DNA of 62,308 nucleotides. Origin: a virus. A program made the position numbers and the translations under genes. Below the pieces are notes generated by a model. It worked only from the letters and a program-made list of their open reading frames with translations, did no database searches and was not told the origin of the DNA. Of this stretch, positions 27,408 through 36,457 are shown one piece after another. The stretch's first letter is position 1. Each line of letters opens with the position of its first letter. The DNA lies in IMG/VR virus record IMGVR_UViG_3300049440_000308, positions 1 to 62,308 of that record; one strand, 5' to 3'.

Positions 27408-28249
27408 GCTGCGGTCACCGCCCCGGGAACGCGGGGGAACTCCCTGATTCGCAGGTCTTCCGGCCACACGTCCCAGTCCCCGCCCTTGGGCCCGGCGCCG
27501 AGCTCGCGCCCGAGAACGGACCCCATCTGCTTGACGAAGACGGGAACCCTGGCGCGCGTCGCCTGTATCGCCAGCGTCCGCGCCCACTCCTCATTCATCG
27601 GCCTCGCGCCAGGCCCCGACTCTCCGCCGACGATCAGCCAGTCCAAGTGCCGGACTCCGGGGTGATTCCGCTGCACGCAGAAGCCGCCCGGGAAATCGTG
27701 CTCAGGACACGACCCGGCGAGGTGCACCCGCAGGTCGATGCGCCCTAGCAGCGGCTCCGCGCTAACGAACCGCACGGTCGCCGGGGTCTCCAGCAGCGCC
27801 GGGATGCGGATGTCGGCCCAGTACTGGTCCTCGGCCGAGACGCCGAGCCACACGTTGGGCAGCGGCCATCCCTCGCCGAAGATGCCCGTTCGGGCGAGGG
27901 CGCGCATCCGGGCATGACGCTTGGTGAGCACCTGGTAGGTGTGCTGCGGCGTCCGGCGCATCACGTCGAACATCGCCGCGATGAACGCGGACGGGACCTG
28001 CTCGTGAAACAGGTCACTCATTGAGTTCACGAAGACGCGCCGGGGCCGCTTCCACTGCAAGGGCTGCTCAAGCCGCTCGGGCCTTAGCGTCACGTCGAAC
28101 CCGTTCTCGAAGTGGTGACCCGCTATGCCCCGCCAGCGCTCGGCGAACGTCTCGGCGTAGCAGTGGTCGCATCCGGCGCTGACCTTCGTGCAGCCGGTCA
28201 CGCAGTTCCACGTGGCGTCGGTCCATTCGATCTTGCTGTTGTCGCTCAT
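27404..28249 (-). CDS. phage Gp37/Gp68 family (DUF5131) radical-SAM-like protein
   Basis: SKIEWTDATWN..GCTKVSAGCDHCYA, FVNSMSDLFH, SAEPLLG and GGESG. Confidence 0.92.
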   Translation of the reverse strand: MSDNSKIEWTDATWNCVTGCTKVSAGCDHCYAETFAERWRGIAGHHFENGFDVTLRPERLEQPLQWKRPRRVFVNSMSDLFHEQVPSAFIAAMFDVMRRTPQHTYQVLTKRHARMRALARTGIFGEGWPLPNVWLGVSAEDQYWADIRIPALLETPATVRFVSAEPLLGRIDLRVHLAGSCPEHDFPGGFCVQRNHPGVRHLDWLIVGGESGPGARPMNEEWARTLAIQATRARVPVFVKQMGSVLGRELGAGPKGGDWDVWPEDLRIREFPRVPGAVTAA

Positions 28250-28518
28250 GCCCTCTCCCCGTATTCCGCCGCCGCCAGGCTGTCCCCGGTCAGGTCCGCC
28301 AGGCTCATCCCGAGCGCTCCCGCGAGCGCCTCCGCGTTAACGATCTGCAGCCGTGCCCGCGCCATCTCCGCGTGGGCGATCGTGCTGACCCCGACCCCGG
28401 ACGCGATGGACAACTGCCCCTGGGACCAGCCGCGGGCGGCCCGTGCCTTCCTCAGCCGGGGGGCGGCTGCTTCCGCCTGCTCCCGGGTGATCAGTGCGTC
28501 GTCGGGGTACCTGCTCAT
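28246..28518 (-). CDS. XRE-family HTH regulator
   Basis: LRKARAARGWSQGQLSIASGVGVSTIAHAE. Confidence 0.85.
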   Translation of the reverse strand: MSRYPDDALITREQAEAAAPRLRKARAARGWSQGQLSIASGVGVSTIAHAEMARARLQIVNAEALAGALGMSLADLTGDSLAAAEYGERA

Positions 28519-28811
28519 GCCGTCCGTCCCGCGTTCTCGCGCCCGGCCCCGCCGGGGATTTCGTAAAGGTGCCAGACCAGCCCCTCGCGCGTCCGCGGCG
28601 CGGTCCCGGCGTACACCGCGCCGTCAGGGACGGGATGACCCGTGCCGACGACCGTGAAGGTGCGCGGGACTTCCGGCAGCGCGTCGTCGTGCTCGGCCCA
28701 GAACTCGATCCCGGCGCTGTAGCCGAGGGCGCCGAACGCGACCGGGCCGGAGGTGAGGCCGATCGTCACCGGGCCGTCAAGGCCAACCTGGTAGCGGAAC
28801 ACGGCCCTCAT
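28515..28811 (-). CDS. conserved phage hypothetical protein
   Basis: FWAE..RTFTVVGTGH...YAGT...VWHLYE. Confidence 0.7.
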   Translation of the reverse strand: MRAVFRYQVGLDGPVTIGLTSGPVAFGALGYSAGIEFWAEHDDALPEVPRTFTVVGTGHPVPDGAVYAGTAPRTREGLVWHLYEIPGGAGRENAGRTA

Positions 28812-29416
28812 GCTGCTGCCCCTTCCGGTGCCTCTTTGACGCGCTGGCCGTCGTCAGTCAGCCACTCCCGAGTCAGGCCGCCGCCCTCGGCGGGCCGCTT
28901 CACCGCGACGAGCGCCGGGTCCTGGTAGCTCCGCACCGTGTACCCGTTCGCCTCGTCGGACGCCCGGCGCCGTGAGTCGATCCGGGCATGATGGTCATCG
29001 GGGTCCAGCGGGTTCCTGCCGAGGCCCAGGAACGTCAAAAGGTTAGACATCTGGTTGCCGCCTCCTTGGGAGCGGCGCTTGCGGTGGCCGACCGAGTGCG
29101 GGCGATCGGCGACCGGAAAACCGCAGCAGGCGCACGCCCAGCCGTCCCTCTCGTAGACCGCCAGGCGCGTCTTCCGGCCCGGCCCGGTGTCCCGGCCGCT
29201 TGCCATGGGAACCGCCCTCACCGGGACCGGCTTACTCCGGGCGTGCCACTTCGGGCAGTTCGCGAGCGGGCACTCGAAGGCCTCGCCGTCCTCTCGCCCC
29301 CGGGCGCGCAGCCATGCCCTCGCCTCGTCCCCGGTGGCCCAGCCGGGCCCGCACGGCAGCATGAACGCCGTCCGGGCGAGGCGCGCGGTTCCCCGTGACA
29401 GGGGCGTGTTCCTCAT
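28808..29416 (-). CDS. HNH-like endonuclease
   Basis: VYERDGWACACCG..HRKRRSQGG..SNLL. Confidence 0.7.
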   Translation of the reverse strand: MRNTPLSRGTARLARTAFMLPCGPGWATGDEARAWLRARGREDGEAFECPLANCPKWHARSKPVPVRAVPMASGRDTGPGRKTRLAVYERDGWACACCGFPVADRPHSVGHRKRRSQGGGNQMSNLLTFLGLGRNPLDPDDHHARIDSRRRASDEANGYTVRSYQDPALVAVKRPAEGGGLTREWLTDDGQRVKEAPEGAAA

Positions 29417-29895
29417 GACTTCCCCGCCCCGGGCTTACGGGCACGGGCCAGCGTCACGCAGCTCATCAGGAGAGTGGTCGCGTACTCGCCCCGCTTGAGC
29501 CCGTCAGCGGGCATCGCCTTGAGCAGCGCCTGGAAGCCGTCGAAGTCCTGGGCGGCCCGGGCGGCGACAAGCTGCCCCGCCCATCGCACCGCGGGCGTCA
29601 GGTCGCCGGCGTCCATGGTGAGCTTCCCTGTCTCCCCGTTGAGCCAGACAGGCCGCACGGGGCCCTCCTCTGCCACCCCGTCCTGCAGTGGCGGCATTCC
29701 CCTTATCTCCCGCTGCAGGGCGATCGTCGTGTCGCAGAACCCGGTCAGGACCAGGGCGATGACGTTGGGTCCCTGCCGCCCGGCCTCAGCCATCGCCGCG
29801 CGGGTCGCCGGCCAGTCCTCCCGGACCGCGGCATGATAGGCGCGCGTGCCCAGGGCGAGTGCCCTGGCCCGGTCGGGGTCGCGCTGCGGGCTCAT
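29413..29895 (-). CDS. hypothetical protein
   Basis: ATGA-coupled at both ends. Confidence 0.65.
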   Translation of the reverse strand: MSPQRDPDRARALALGTRAYHAAVREDWPATRAAMAEAGRQGPNVIALVLTGFCDTTIALQREIRGMPPLQDGVAEEGPVRPVWLNGETGKLTMDAGDLTPAVRWAGQLVAARAAQDFDGFQALLKAMPADGLKRGEYATTLLMSCVTLARARKPGAGKS

Positions 29896-30245
29896 GCCGC
29901 CGCCTCCGGGTCCATCACGCCGACGCCGCCGTCATACTCGTACGTGCCGTGCTCGTGGTAGTAGGTCTTGCGGCCCCATCCCTGGATCCGGTAGGTGCCC
30001 GGCTCGGTGACGGGCGTGCCGGAGTAGCGCAGCGAGAACGGCAGCCCGACATCGCCCGCAGTCTCCGCGACATCGCAGGTGTAGGCCGTGTGGCTGTGCT
30101 CGCCATCTCCGCGCGTCTCCTGCCCGCAGGGCGGCGGGTGCTCCAGGTCGTAGTCGAGTTCCCCGTCATCGAACGGGCCGTCCGGCAGGATCACCGAGTG
30201 GACGATGAGGGTGTGCGGCTCGCCGTACCACTCGCTGTCACTCAT
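29892..30245 (-). CDS. hypothetical protein
   Basis: Coupled acidic ORF. Confidence 0.6.
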   Translation of the reverse strand: MSDSEWYGEPHTLIVHSVILPDGPFDDGELDYDLEHPPPCGQETRGDGEHSHTAYTCDVAETAGDVGLPFSLRYSGTPVTEPGTYRIQGWGRKTYYHEHGTYEYDGGVGVMDPEAAA

Positions 30246-30861
30246 CGGGAGCCCCTGCCCCTGTGTCCGGTCCGGCACCCGGCAGGGCGAGGGCACCAAG
30301 GCCGATGTCCCGCAGTTCCCCGCGCTGCCAGGCGGTGATCACCTGGTCGCGGGCGTCCTTGCCCGGCCGGTAGGAGAAGGCGCCGGTCGGCTTTAGGTCC
30401 GTGACCTCGGCCACCCGCTCCTTGACGCCCGTTTCCGTGTCGGTCAGCCAGCCGCCGGACTCCTCGATCTCCTTCAGCAGTGCCGCCCGGGTCGCCGCGC
30501 GGATCCGCCGGCTCACCAGGTGCGGGAAGACGGCCCGCAGGACGTCGAGCACCTCCGCGTCGGTTAGCGCCCGCGCGTCGGCGACCTCCTCCATGCCGCC
30601 CGGCAGGTGCTCGGCCACCCACGCCTCAAGCGCGGCGTCGGTGACGTCGACCTGCCTGCCCCCGGCCCTGATCGACACCAGCCCGATCTCCGCGCCGTCC
30701 GGGAGCATCACCTTCTGCTGCGACTGGCCGTCGCCCCGGGCCGGGCCGAACGCCGCCTCGGCGTCCTTCCGTGCCGCCTTGTACGCCGCGCCCACCTCGT
30801 CGCCGATGACGTCGAGCACCGCGACGCGCAGGGCGTGCTCGCGCAGGCTTGTCTCGCTCAC
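30238..30861 (-). CDS. hypothetical protein in the recombination region
   Basis: Coupled to the intein-containing gene; AGGAG RBS. Confidence 0.7.
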   Translation of the reverse strand: MSETSLREHALRVAVLDVIGDEVGAAYKAARKDAEAAFGPARGDGQSQQKVMLPDGAEIGLVSIRAGGRQVDVTDAALEAWVAEHLPGGMEEVADARALTDAEVLDVLRAVFPHLVSRRIRAATRAALLKEIEESGGWLTDTETGVKERVAEVTDLKPTGAFSYRPGKDARDQVITAWQRGELRDIGLGALALPGAGPDTGAGAPDE

Positions 30862-33002
30862 GCCGCCGCGCTCCTAACCTGGGTCATCCGCTCAGCCAGG
30901 CCGCGCCCGAGCTCGTTGGCGGTCTCCGGCGCGATGACGCCCGCCTGCACGGCCTTGCCGAGCTCGACGCGCATCCTGCCGATCCGCTCCTCGCTGGCGC
31001 CCGCGGTCCGCGCGACGAACGACCGGACGAACTCGGTCTCAGGGTCGTCTTCCGGGGACGGGTCCGCCTCGGGGTCATCCGCGGCTTGCGGCGCCTCGGC
31101 CGGGCCCTGCGCCGCGGCGGCAGCGGTCGGTTGCCCCTGCGGCGGGCGCGGGGGCTGCTCTCGCTTGGCGGTCAGGTACCCGGCCATCTGCAGGGCGGTG
31201 CACCACTGCTCGGCGCTCCACTGCCCCGGCTCAGGCCACCGCTTGCCCTTGTACCAGCGGTCAAGGCCCTCCCGGACGTCACCGGGAAGCGCCATGACGA
31301 CAGCGGTCGCCGCCTCCGCCAGGGCGCCGCTGTCGGGGGCCGCGTTACCGCGCATGTCCTCAAGGTCCTGCGTGAACAGCCCGGCTGCCGCCGTCGCGTC
31401 GATCGACGCGCCAACGAGGCTGCGCTTCTCGCAGTTGTGCGTGACCGTGCCGTCGTGCAGCAGGTACAGGTGATCGGGCGTGCCCACTTCCAGGTCGTAG
31501 GTCATCGTCTCGCCGTCAGGCTCAACCGACATGACCTGCGCCGAGTCGGCATTGTTGCCGTGGCTGCCCGCGGGCGGCTTCACGTCCCCGACGAAGGTCC
31601 CGAACGTCTTGCCGCCGGCCTTGGAGGATCCCGTCCGCACGTTGACCCGGTAGCCGAGGGCGGCGCCCAGGACGCGGAGGTCACGCAGCCACGCGTCGTT
31701 GTGGCCGGTGAAGCCGACGCGCCACCATCCGCGCCGGCCGGGACGCTCCATCCACGAGCCGTCCCCGTCCAGCCAGCCGCGCAGCACGCCGTCGAGGAAG
31801 TCCGACCCGGCGCGCCACGCCGTTGCGCGCAGGTGCTTGTCGTATGAGTTCTTGCCGGCGATGAACTGCCTGAGCAGGCCCAGGATTGCCGGGCCACTGA
31901 TGGTGACCTGCCATGCCTTCATGTCAGGCCGCTGCTCGTACCGCGCCGGGCAGCCGAGGCGACGGCCGATCCAGACCGCGCGCTGAGCCAGTTGCTCCTC
32001 GTCCTGGCCGAGCGTGATCCCGACACCCCACCTGGTTATGTGCCCGTCAGCGATGACCAGCCCGACGAGCCACCCGAAGTCAGGATCCGGCTCCTTCATC
32101 CCGGCCAGCGGGATGGTCCGGCGCGTCAGGACATCCCCGATGGCCAGGTCCCCGGCGGGCACCAGGCCGCGGGAGGTGAGGAACCTGTGGGCCGCCGTGA
32201 CCCGGTGCTCAGTCCCGTCCCGCAGCGTGATCCGCAATACCGGCTGGACCCCGTTGCGGAACATGTCCGTTATGGGCACCCATTCGCCGTCAGGGCCGGG
32301 CACGCAGACCTGGGGGGCGGTCGGCTTGCTTATCCAGCTGTAGAGCCGGGTGGCCTCGGTCAGGTACTCGCCGTCCGGCGACTTGACTAGCAGCGGGGTA
32401 CTAGCCGCGAGGCACATCTTTATGACGGAGTTCCAGGGGGCCCGGTACTCGGTGGCGTGCTCCCACTTGGCGGGGCTCGGCTGCCGCTTGTCTTTCGCGG
32501 CGTACTGCCGTTCCTTCGCCTCGGCCTTCGCGCGGGCCGCCTCGGCGGAGATGAAGAACTTGTCCTCGTCGTAGCCGGCGTACGCCTCGCAGGTCGCCAC
32601 GGTGACCCGGCGCCCGTCGGCGAGTTCCTTGTAAACGGTGCACCGGTAGGTGACGCCGACCCGCCGCACCTTGTCCGCGATCCCGCTCGGGCAGTCCGGG
32701 TCGTCGCGCTCGATCTTCACCTCGTTGTTCTCGAACCCGAACCCGAACCACTGGATGAGCTTCTCGGCTCCGGGCTTGAACAGGCTCGGTGTCTTGCCCA
32801 TGCCGGGGATGAGCCCGTAGTCGACATCTGGCTTGAGCACGGCCCGCATGCAGTTGCGGAGCTGCTCGTCCAGCGCGGCGGCCTCGGCCGGCTCCATGAC
32901 GAACCGTGCCCGGTACTCCTCGGGCGCGTGCGCCGTGTAGGCCGCCAGGTCCGTGCCCGGCGCGTGCACTGCCGTCGCCTCAACTTCTGTTACCGCGTTC
33001 AT
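30858..33002 (-). CDS. conserved phage protein (possible single-strand annealing/recombination protein) containing an intein
   Basis: Exteins DYGLIPG..PSLFKPGAEKL...NSVIKM and CEKRSLVGA..LFTQDLEDM. Confidence 0.75.
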   Translation of the reverse strand: MNAVTEVEATAVHAPGTDLAAYTAHAPEEYRARFVMEPAEAAALDEQLRNCMRAVLKPDVDYGLIPGMGKTPSLFKPGAEKLIQWFGFGFENNEVKIERDDPDCPSGIADKVRRVGVTYRCTVYKELADGRRVTVATCEAYAGYDEDKFFISAEAARAKAEAKERQYAAKDKRQPSPAKWEHATEYRAPWNSVIKMCLAASTPLLVKSPDGEYLTEATRLYSWISKPTAPQVCVPGPDGEWVPITDMFRNGVQPVLRITLRDGTEHRVTAAHRFLTSRGLVPAGDLAIGDVLTRRTIPLAGMKEPDPDFGWLVGLVIADGHITRWGVGITLGQDEEQLAQRAVWIGRRLGCPARYEQRPDMKAWQVTISGPAILGLLRQFIAGKNSYDKHLRATAWRAGSDFLDGVLRGWLDGDGSWMERPGRRGWWRVGFTGHNDAWLRDLRVLGAALGYRVNVRTGSSKAGGKTFGTFVGDVKPPAGSHGNNADSAQVMSVEPDGETMTYDLEVGTPDHLYLLHDGTVTHNCEKRSLVGASIDATAAAGLFTQDLEDMRGNAAPDSGALAEAATAVVMALPGDVREGLDRWYKGKRWPEPGQWSAEQWCTALQMAGYLTAKREQPPRPPQGQPTAAAAAQGPAEAPQAADDPEADPSPEDDPETEFVRSFVARTAGASEERIGRMRVELGKAVQAGVIAPETANELGRGLAERMTQVRSAAA
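31434..32414 (-). mobile_element. intein with LAGLIDADG homing endonuclease (327 aa)
   Basis: Starts CLAAST; block B VTAAHRF; LAGLIDADG helices LVGLVIADG and LRGWLDGDG; ends TYDLEV..VTHN followed by Cys. Confidence 0.93.
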
Positions 33003-33367
33003 TTCCCCACCCCTGGGATCGTTGCTTCTTCTTCAGTTCCGGCGTCCCCGCCGGCGGTGATGCCTGCCATCGCAAGCGGCCGGGCATCATGCCCGTGCCA
33101 CGGGTGCGCGGCCATGGCCTCGACTAGGTCCTGTGCGGCAACCTCAGCCGCGCCGGCTGCCATCTGCAGCGCCGCCTCGTCCGGGTCCGCCTCGCCCCGC
33201 AGTTCGGGGAACACCCACTCCCAGGACAGGGCGCAGGCGTCCAGTTCCTCGTACGCTTCCAGGGCGTCACCGAGGCGGATGATCGCGGCCTCGACTACCT
33301 TGTGCTGCGGTGCGGGGGTTTCCATTGCCAGGTGCAGGACGGCGTGGGCTTCACGCACGGCGCTCAT
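32999..33367 (-). CDS. hypothetical protein
   Basis: Coupled ORF. Confidence 0.55.
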   Translation of the reverse strand: MSAVREAHAVLHLAMETPAPQHKVVEAAIIRLGDALEAYEELDACALSWEWVFPELRGEADPDEAALQMAAGAAEVAAQDLVEAMAAHPWHGHDARPLAMAGITAGGDAGTEEEATIPGVGK

Positions 33368-34104
33368 CGACTTGCCCCCTGCCTGCGGTGCGCGGCCCCG
33401 GCCTCAGCCAGGTCCCGGTCAGCCTCCTCGGCTGCCTTTCGCAGCGCCGCTGCCCGGGATGCCCTGGTGAGTTCCTCGGCCCGCTGCCACAGGACGGCCG
33501 CCAGGCCGGCGGGGAGGCCGAGCCCGTCGCACCCGCGGGTGAGCGCCTCGACGGCGCGGGCGCGGCTGCGGACGAGGGCGACGGCCTCGTCGGCGGCGTT
33601 GCGCTCGTAGCCCTCGGGCAGCGCCTCGTCGGCGGGCTTCCACTCGCCGTTGGCGAGCCACTGGGTCATCTGCACGCCCGTCCACCCGGGCTGCGTGTAC
33701 GGCAGGGCCGAGCAGTCAGGGGCGGACGGCGCGGACGGCGGCAGGGCGGGGTACTTCCTGTTCATGAGGTCGCCGATGGCGGGCTCCAGGCCCGGCTGCG
33801 GGGGCGCTGCCGGGCCGAGGGGGGCGGCCGGGACGGGCGGCGGAGCCTGGACGGCAGGCATCGGGGCGGTGGCTGCGGCGGGCCGGGGCTGCCTCGCCTC
33901 GAACGAGGGGGCGGGCCGCAGCGCGGGCACGGGCGGCGCCGGGAGGCGAGGGGGCTGCTGCGCTCCCCTGGCATGCCGCGGTCCGGGCCACTGCCCGCCA
34001 GCCGGGACGTCCGGGGCGCAGTGCTCGTCGGTCACCCCGTCAACCGGGCGCTTCGCGCGTCCCTGCCCGAACGGCCCCCAGTTGCCGAGCCAGCCGCCCC
34101 TCAT
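33364..34104 (-). CDS. hypothetical Pro-rich protein
   Basis: ATGA-coupled ORF. Confidence 0.5.
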   Translation of the reverse strand: MRGGWLGNWGPFGQGRAKRPVDGVTDEHCAPDVPAGGQWPGPRHARGAQQPPRLPAPPVPALRPAPSFEARQPRPAAATAPMPAVQAPPPVPAAPLGPAAPPQPGLEPAIGDLMNRKYPALPPSAPSAPDCSALPYTQPGWTGVQMTQWLANGEWKPADEALPEGYERNAADEAVALVRSRARAVEALTRGCDGLGLPAGLAAVLWQRAEELTRASRAAALRKAAEEADRDLAEAGAAHRRQGASR

Positions 34105-34436
34105 GCCGCGCCGCCGGGGATGCTGGCCGTGACAGTGGCGGGGTCCCGCGGGATGATGGTGAACGAGACGGTGACGCCGGCGGTGTCGCCGGCGAGGGTC
34201 GCCGAGTAGGTCCAGTCGTCCTGCCACTGCGGGACGGCGCCGAGCTCCGCCGCCACCCCGTCCACCTCGGCGACCGAGGCGACGTCAAGGGTGAAGCGGG
34301 CGGACAGGGAGGCCTGCTCGCCGAGTTCGAGCTTGCCGGCGAGGGTGCCCAGCTCGCGCAGCACGGCGAACGCGTCGCTCAGCCCTCTCGCGATGGCCGC
34401 GTACGGGGGCGCACCCTGGATAGGTGACAGGGACAT
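34101..34436 (-). CDS. hypothetical protein
   Basis: Coding-like ORF. Confidence 0.55.
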   Translation of the reverse strand: MSLSPIQGAPPYAAIARGLSDAFAVLRELGTLAGKLELGEQASLSARFTLDVASVAEVDGVAAELGAVPQWQDDWTYSATLAGDTAGVTVSFTIIPRDPATVTASIPGGAA

Positions 34437-34523
34437 TTTCCGGCTGCTCCGTTCATCTGGGTTACTATGTGGTTCCGGACTGCTCCGGGCCCAGGGGGCG
34501 CGCACCCCCTGGGCTTTACTGCT

Positions 34524-34985
34524 TCAGGCGGCTTCCGCCTCCCGTGCCGCGAGGTGGGTGAGCGCCTCGGCCACGGTCATGCCGGGGTTCGCCTCCATGA
34601 CGGGGCGGACGTCGTTGTAGAACTTGGTGAGCGCCTGCTGCTGGCGGCGGGCCGGCCGGGTGATGTTCCGGATCCTGTTCACCTGGATCCGGTACGCCTT
34701 GTCGAGCTGGCCGATGGTCATGTCGGCGACCCGGGCGGGGGTGTCTACCGCGACGTCCAGGTAGGCGGGGATCAGGGGGAACAGGGCGGCGTCGAGCAGG
34801 GTGCGGGGCTCGTGCCTGCGTACCCACCGGCCGACGTCGCGGTCGGCGATGGCGGCGAGGAACTCGGGGTGGTCCGCGATGAGGGCGGCGATCGCGCTCG
34901 CGGCGGCGTCCCGGGTCACGGCGCCGGCGGCTGCCCGCTCGCCGTGGGCGGCGACGGCCTCCCGGTACCAGGCGGGTGCCCTCAT
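34524..34985 (-). CDS. hypothetical protein
   Basis: Coupled to the cro-like gene. Confidence 0.65.
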   Translation of the reverse strand: MRAPAWYREAVAAHGERAAAGAVTRDAAASAIAALIADHPEFLAAIADRDVGRWVRRHEPRTLLDAALFPLIPAYLDVAVDTPARVADMTIGQLDKAYRIQVNRIRNITRPARRQQQALTKFYNDVRPVMEANPGMTVAEALTHLAAREAEAA

Positions 34986-35218
34986 GCCGCCGCGCCTTGC
35001 TGCGACTTGACGAGCAGGTCGTCGGCGTCCATGCCGAGGGCGTCAGCGATCCGGTAGACGACCTCGATGGAGGCGCTGTAGGGGCTGCCGTCGCTGAGGC
35101 CTGACTCGATGTTGGCGAGGGTCTTGTAGCCGACGCCGGCGCGCTTGGCGAACTCGCCCAGCTTGATGCCGAGGCGCTGGCGCCTGCCGCGGATGAGCCT
35201 GCCGTTAACTTGGGGCAT
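34982..35218 (-). CDS. Cro-like XRE HTH regulator (probably leaderless)
   Basis: RRQRLGIKLGEFAKRAGVGYKTLANIESG; the ATG lies 7 nt after the -10 box. Confidence 0.85.
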   Translation of the reverse strand: MPQVNGRLIRGRRQRLGIKLGEFAKRAGVGYKTLANIESGLSDGSPYSASIEVVYRIADALGMDADDLLVKSQQGAAA

Positions 35219-35225
35219 GCCGGAA

Positions 35226-35255
35226 AGCATAGGAAGCTACCGGAAGGTGTGTCAA
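35226..35255 (-). promoter_or_regulatory. principal-sigma promoter driving the early operon
   Basis: TTGACA-N18-TATGCT, overlapped by GGAA repeats at about 10-bp spacing. Confidence 0.75.
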
Positions 35256-35410
35256 GTCATTGACGGAAACTGCCCGCTATGGGTAAATCATGGGGCGGGG
35301 AGCGGAAGGAAGCAGAAGGCGCGGAGGCGGCCGGGGCGAGGGCGCACCGGGATCACCCCGCGTGCTACGTTTGATTCCTACTCTTTCCTAACGCATGGTC
35401 AGGGACTTAA

Positions 35411-35986
35411 ATGACGAATCCACGCGAAGACTGGCCGCGCCTCGCCGTGTACGTCGCATCGGCACGCCAGGACGCAGGCTTCCGCACGATCAGGGCCTTC
35501 GCTTCCTCCATCGGGATCACCGAGCGCACCCTCGGCGCCCTGGAACGCGGCGAGCGCGTCAGCCGGGACACCCTGATCGCCGTGGCGAAGGCGGTCGGCT
35601 GGACGCCTGACTCGCCGGGGAAGATCCTCGCAGGGGCGGAGCCGGTCATGCTCGCAGGGCAGTGCGCGGCACCTCCCGCGCACGAGGACGACGCGCTGCA
35701 GCGGATCATGGACGACGAGCGCCTCCCGATCGAGGTCCGCCGCGGCATGGTGGCCCTGGCGGAGGCGATGCGCCGCCGCAGTGACAGTGAGCGGGACGGG
35801 CGGAGCGCCTTAGTCCTCTTCGGCGAGCAGCTCGGCGAGGCGTCTCCGCGCCTCGCGGGGCATGAACCTGCGGATCGAGTCGGCGACCTTCTCGGGCGTG
35901 GACAGGATGATGCGCGGCTTGCGCCAGCCCTTCTCCCGGGCGGCGGCATTCGGGGTGACCTCCCCGCGCGCGACCTTCTCGGCTAG
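35411..35986 (+). CDS. immunity repressor-like XRE protein, C-terminus extended by cassette insertion
   Basis: WPRLAVYVASARQDAG..GITERTLGALERG; divergent from cro; frame runs antisense into the next gene. Confidence 0.75.
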   Translation: MTNPREDWPRLAVYVASARQDAGFRTIRAFASSIGITERTLGALERGERVSRDTLIAVAKAVGWTPDSPGKILAGAEPVMLAGQCAAPPAHEDDALQRIMDDERLPIEVRRGMVALAEAMRRRSDSERDGRSALVLFGEQLGEASPRLAGHEPADRVGDLLGRGQDDARLAPALLPGGGIRGDLPARDLLG

Positions 35987-36457
35987 TTCCGGGTCGTCGC
36001 GCTTCAGTCGGGCAATCACGCGGTTGGCCGTGTCTTCGAAACCCTTCGTGTCACGTAGTGTTTTGCCACGCCCTGGTCCCGCATGATCAGTCGGCAGGAG
36101 GGGCGCGATCTCCCCCATTAGCAGCCGCTCGATTTCCCGCCGCATCAAGCTCATGCGCTCCGCGACCTCGGGCACGGATTCGTGCGGATGCCGGAGCGCC
36201 AGCAGCTTCGGGAGTTGGTCAGCGTCATAGCCGAGCCCGAACGGCGCGCGCGTCCCGACGAACGCCCGGAAGCGCCCCTTGAATGAGCGGCCCTTGGCGT
36301 CGGCGAGACGTTCCCAGGTCTGGTCTTCCACGAGCGCGGCGAGAAGTTCCAGCGCCCCGGCAGGGCTTCCCCCGTCACGGTGGAGCGCCTCCCCTGCCCG
36401 CTGGACCCGCAGCTGCTCCTCGGTGTACTCGCCGATCTCGACGCGCCGCGGCGTCAT
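35810..36457 (-). CDS. hypothetical partner protein of the HNH-helicase
   Basis: ATGA-coupled to the helicase; IARLKRDDPELAEKVARGEVTPNAAAREKG helical motif. Confidence 0.75.
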   Translation of the reverse strand: MTPRRVEIGEYTEEQLRVQRAGEALHRDGGSPAGALELLAALVEDQTWERLADAKGRSFKGRFRAFVGTRAPFGLGYDADQLPKLLALRHPHESVPEVAERMSLMRREIERLLMGEIAPLLPTDHAGPGRGKTLRDTKGFEDTANRVIARLKRDDPELAEKVARGEVTPNAAAREKGWRKPRIILSTPEKVADSIRRFMPREARRRLAELLAEED

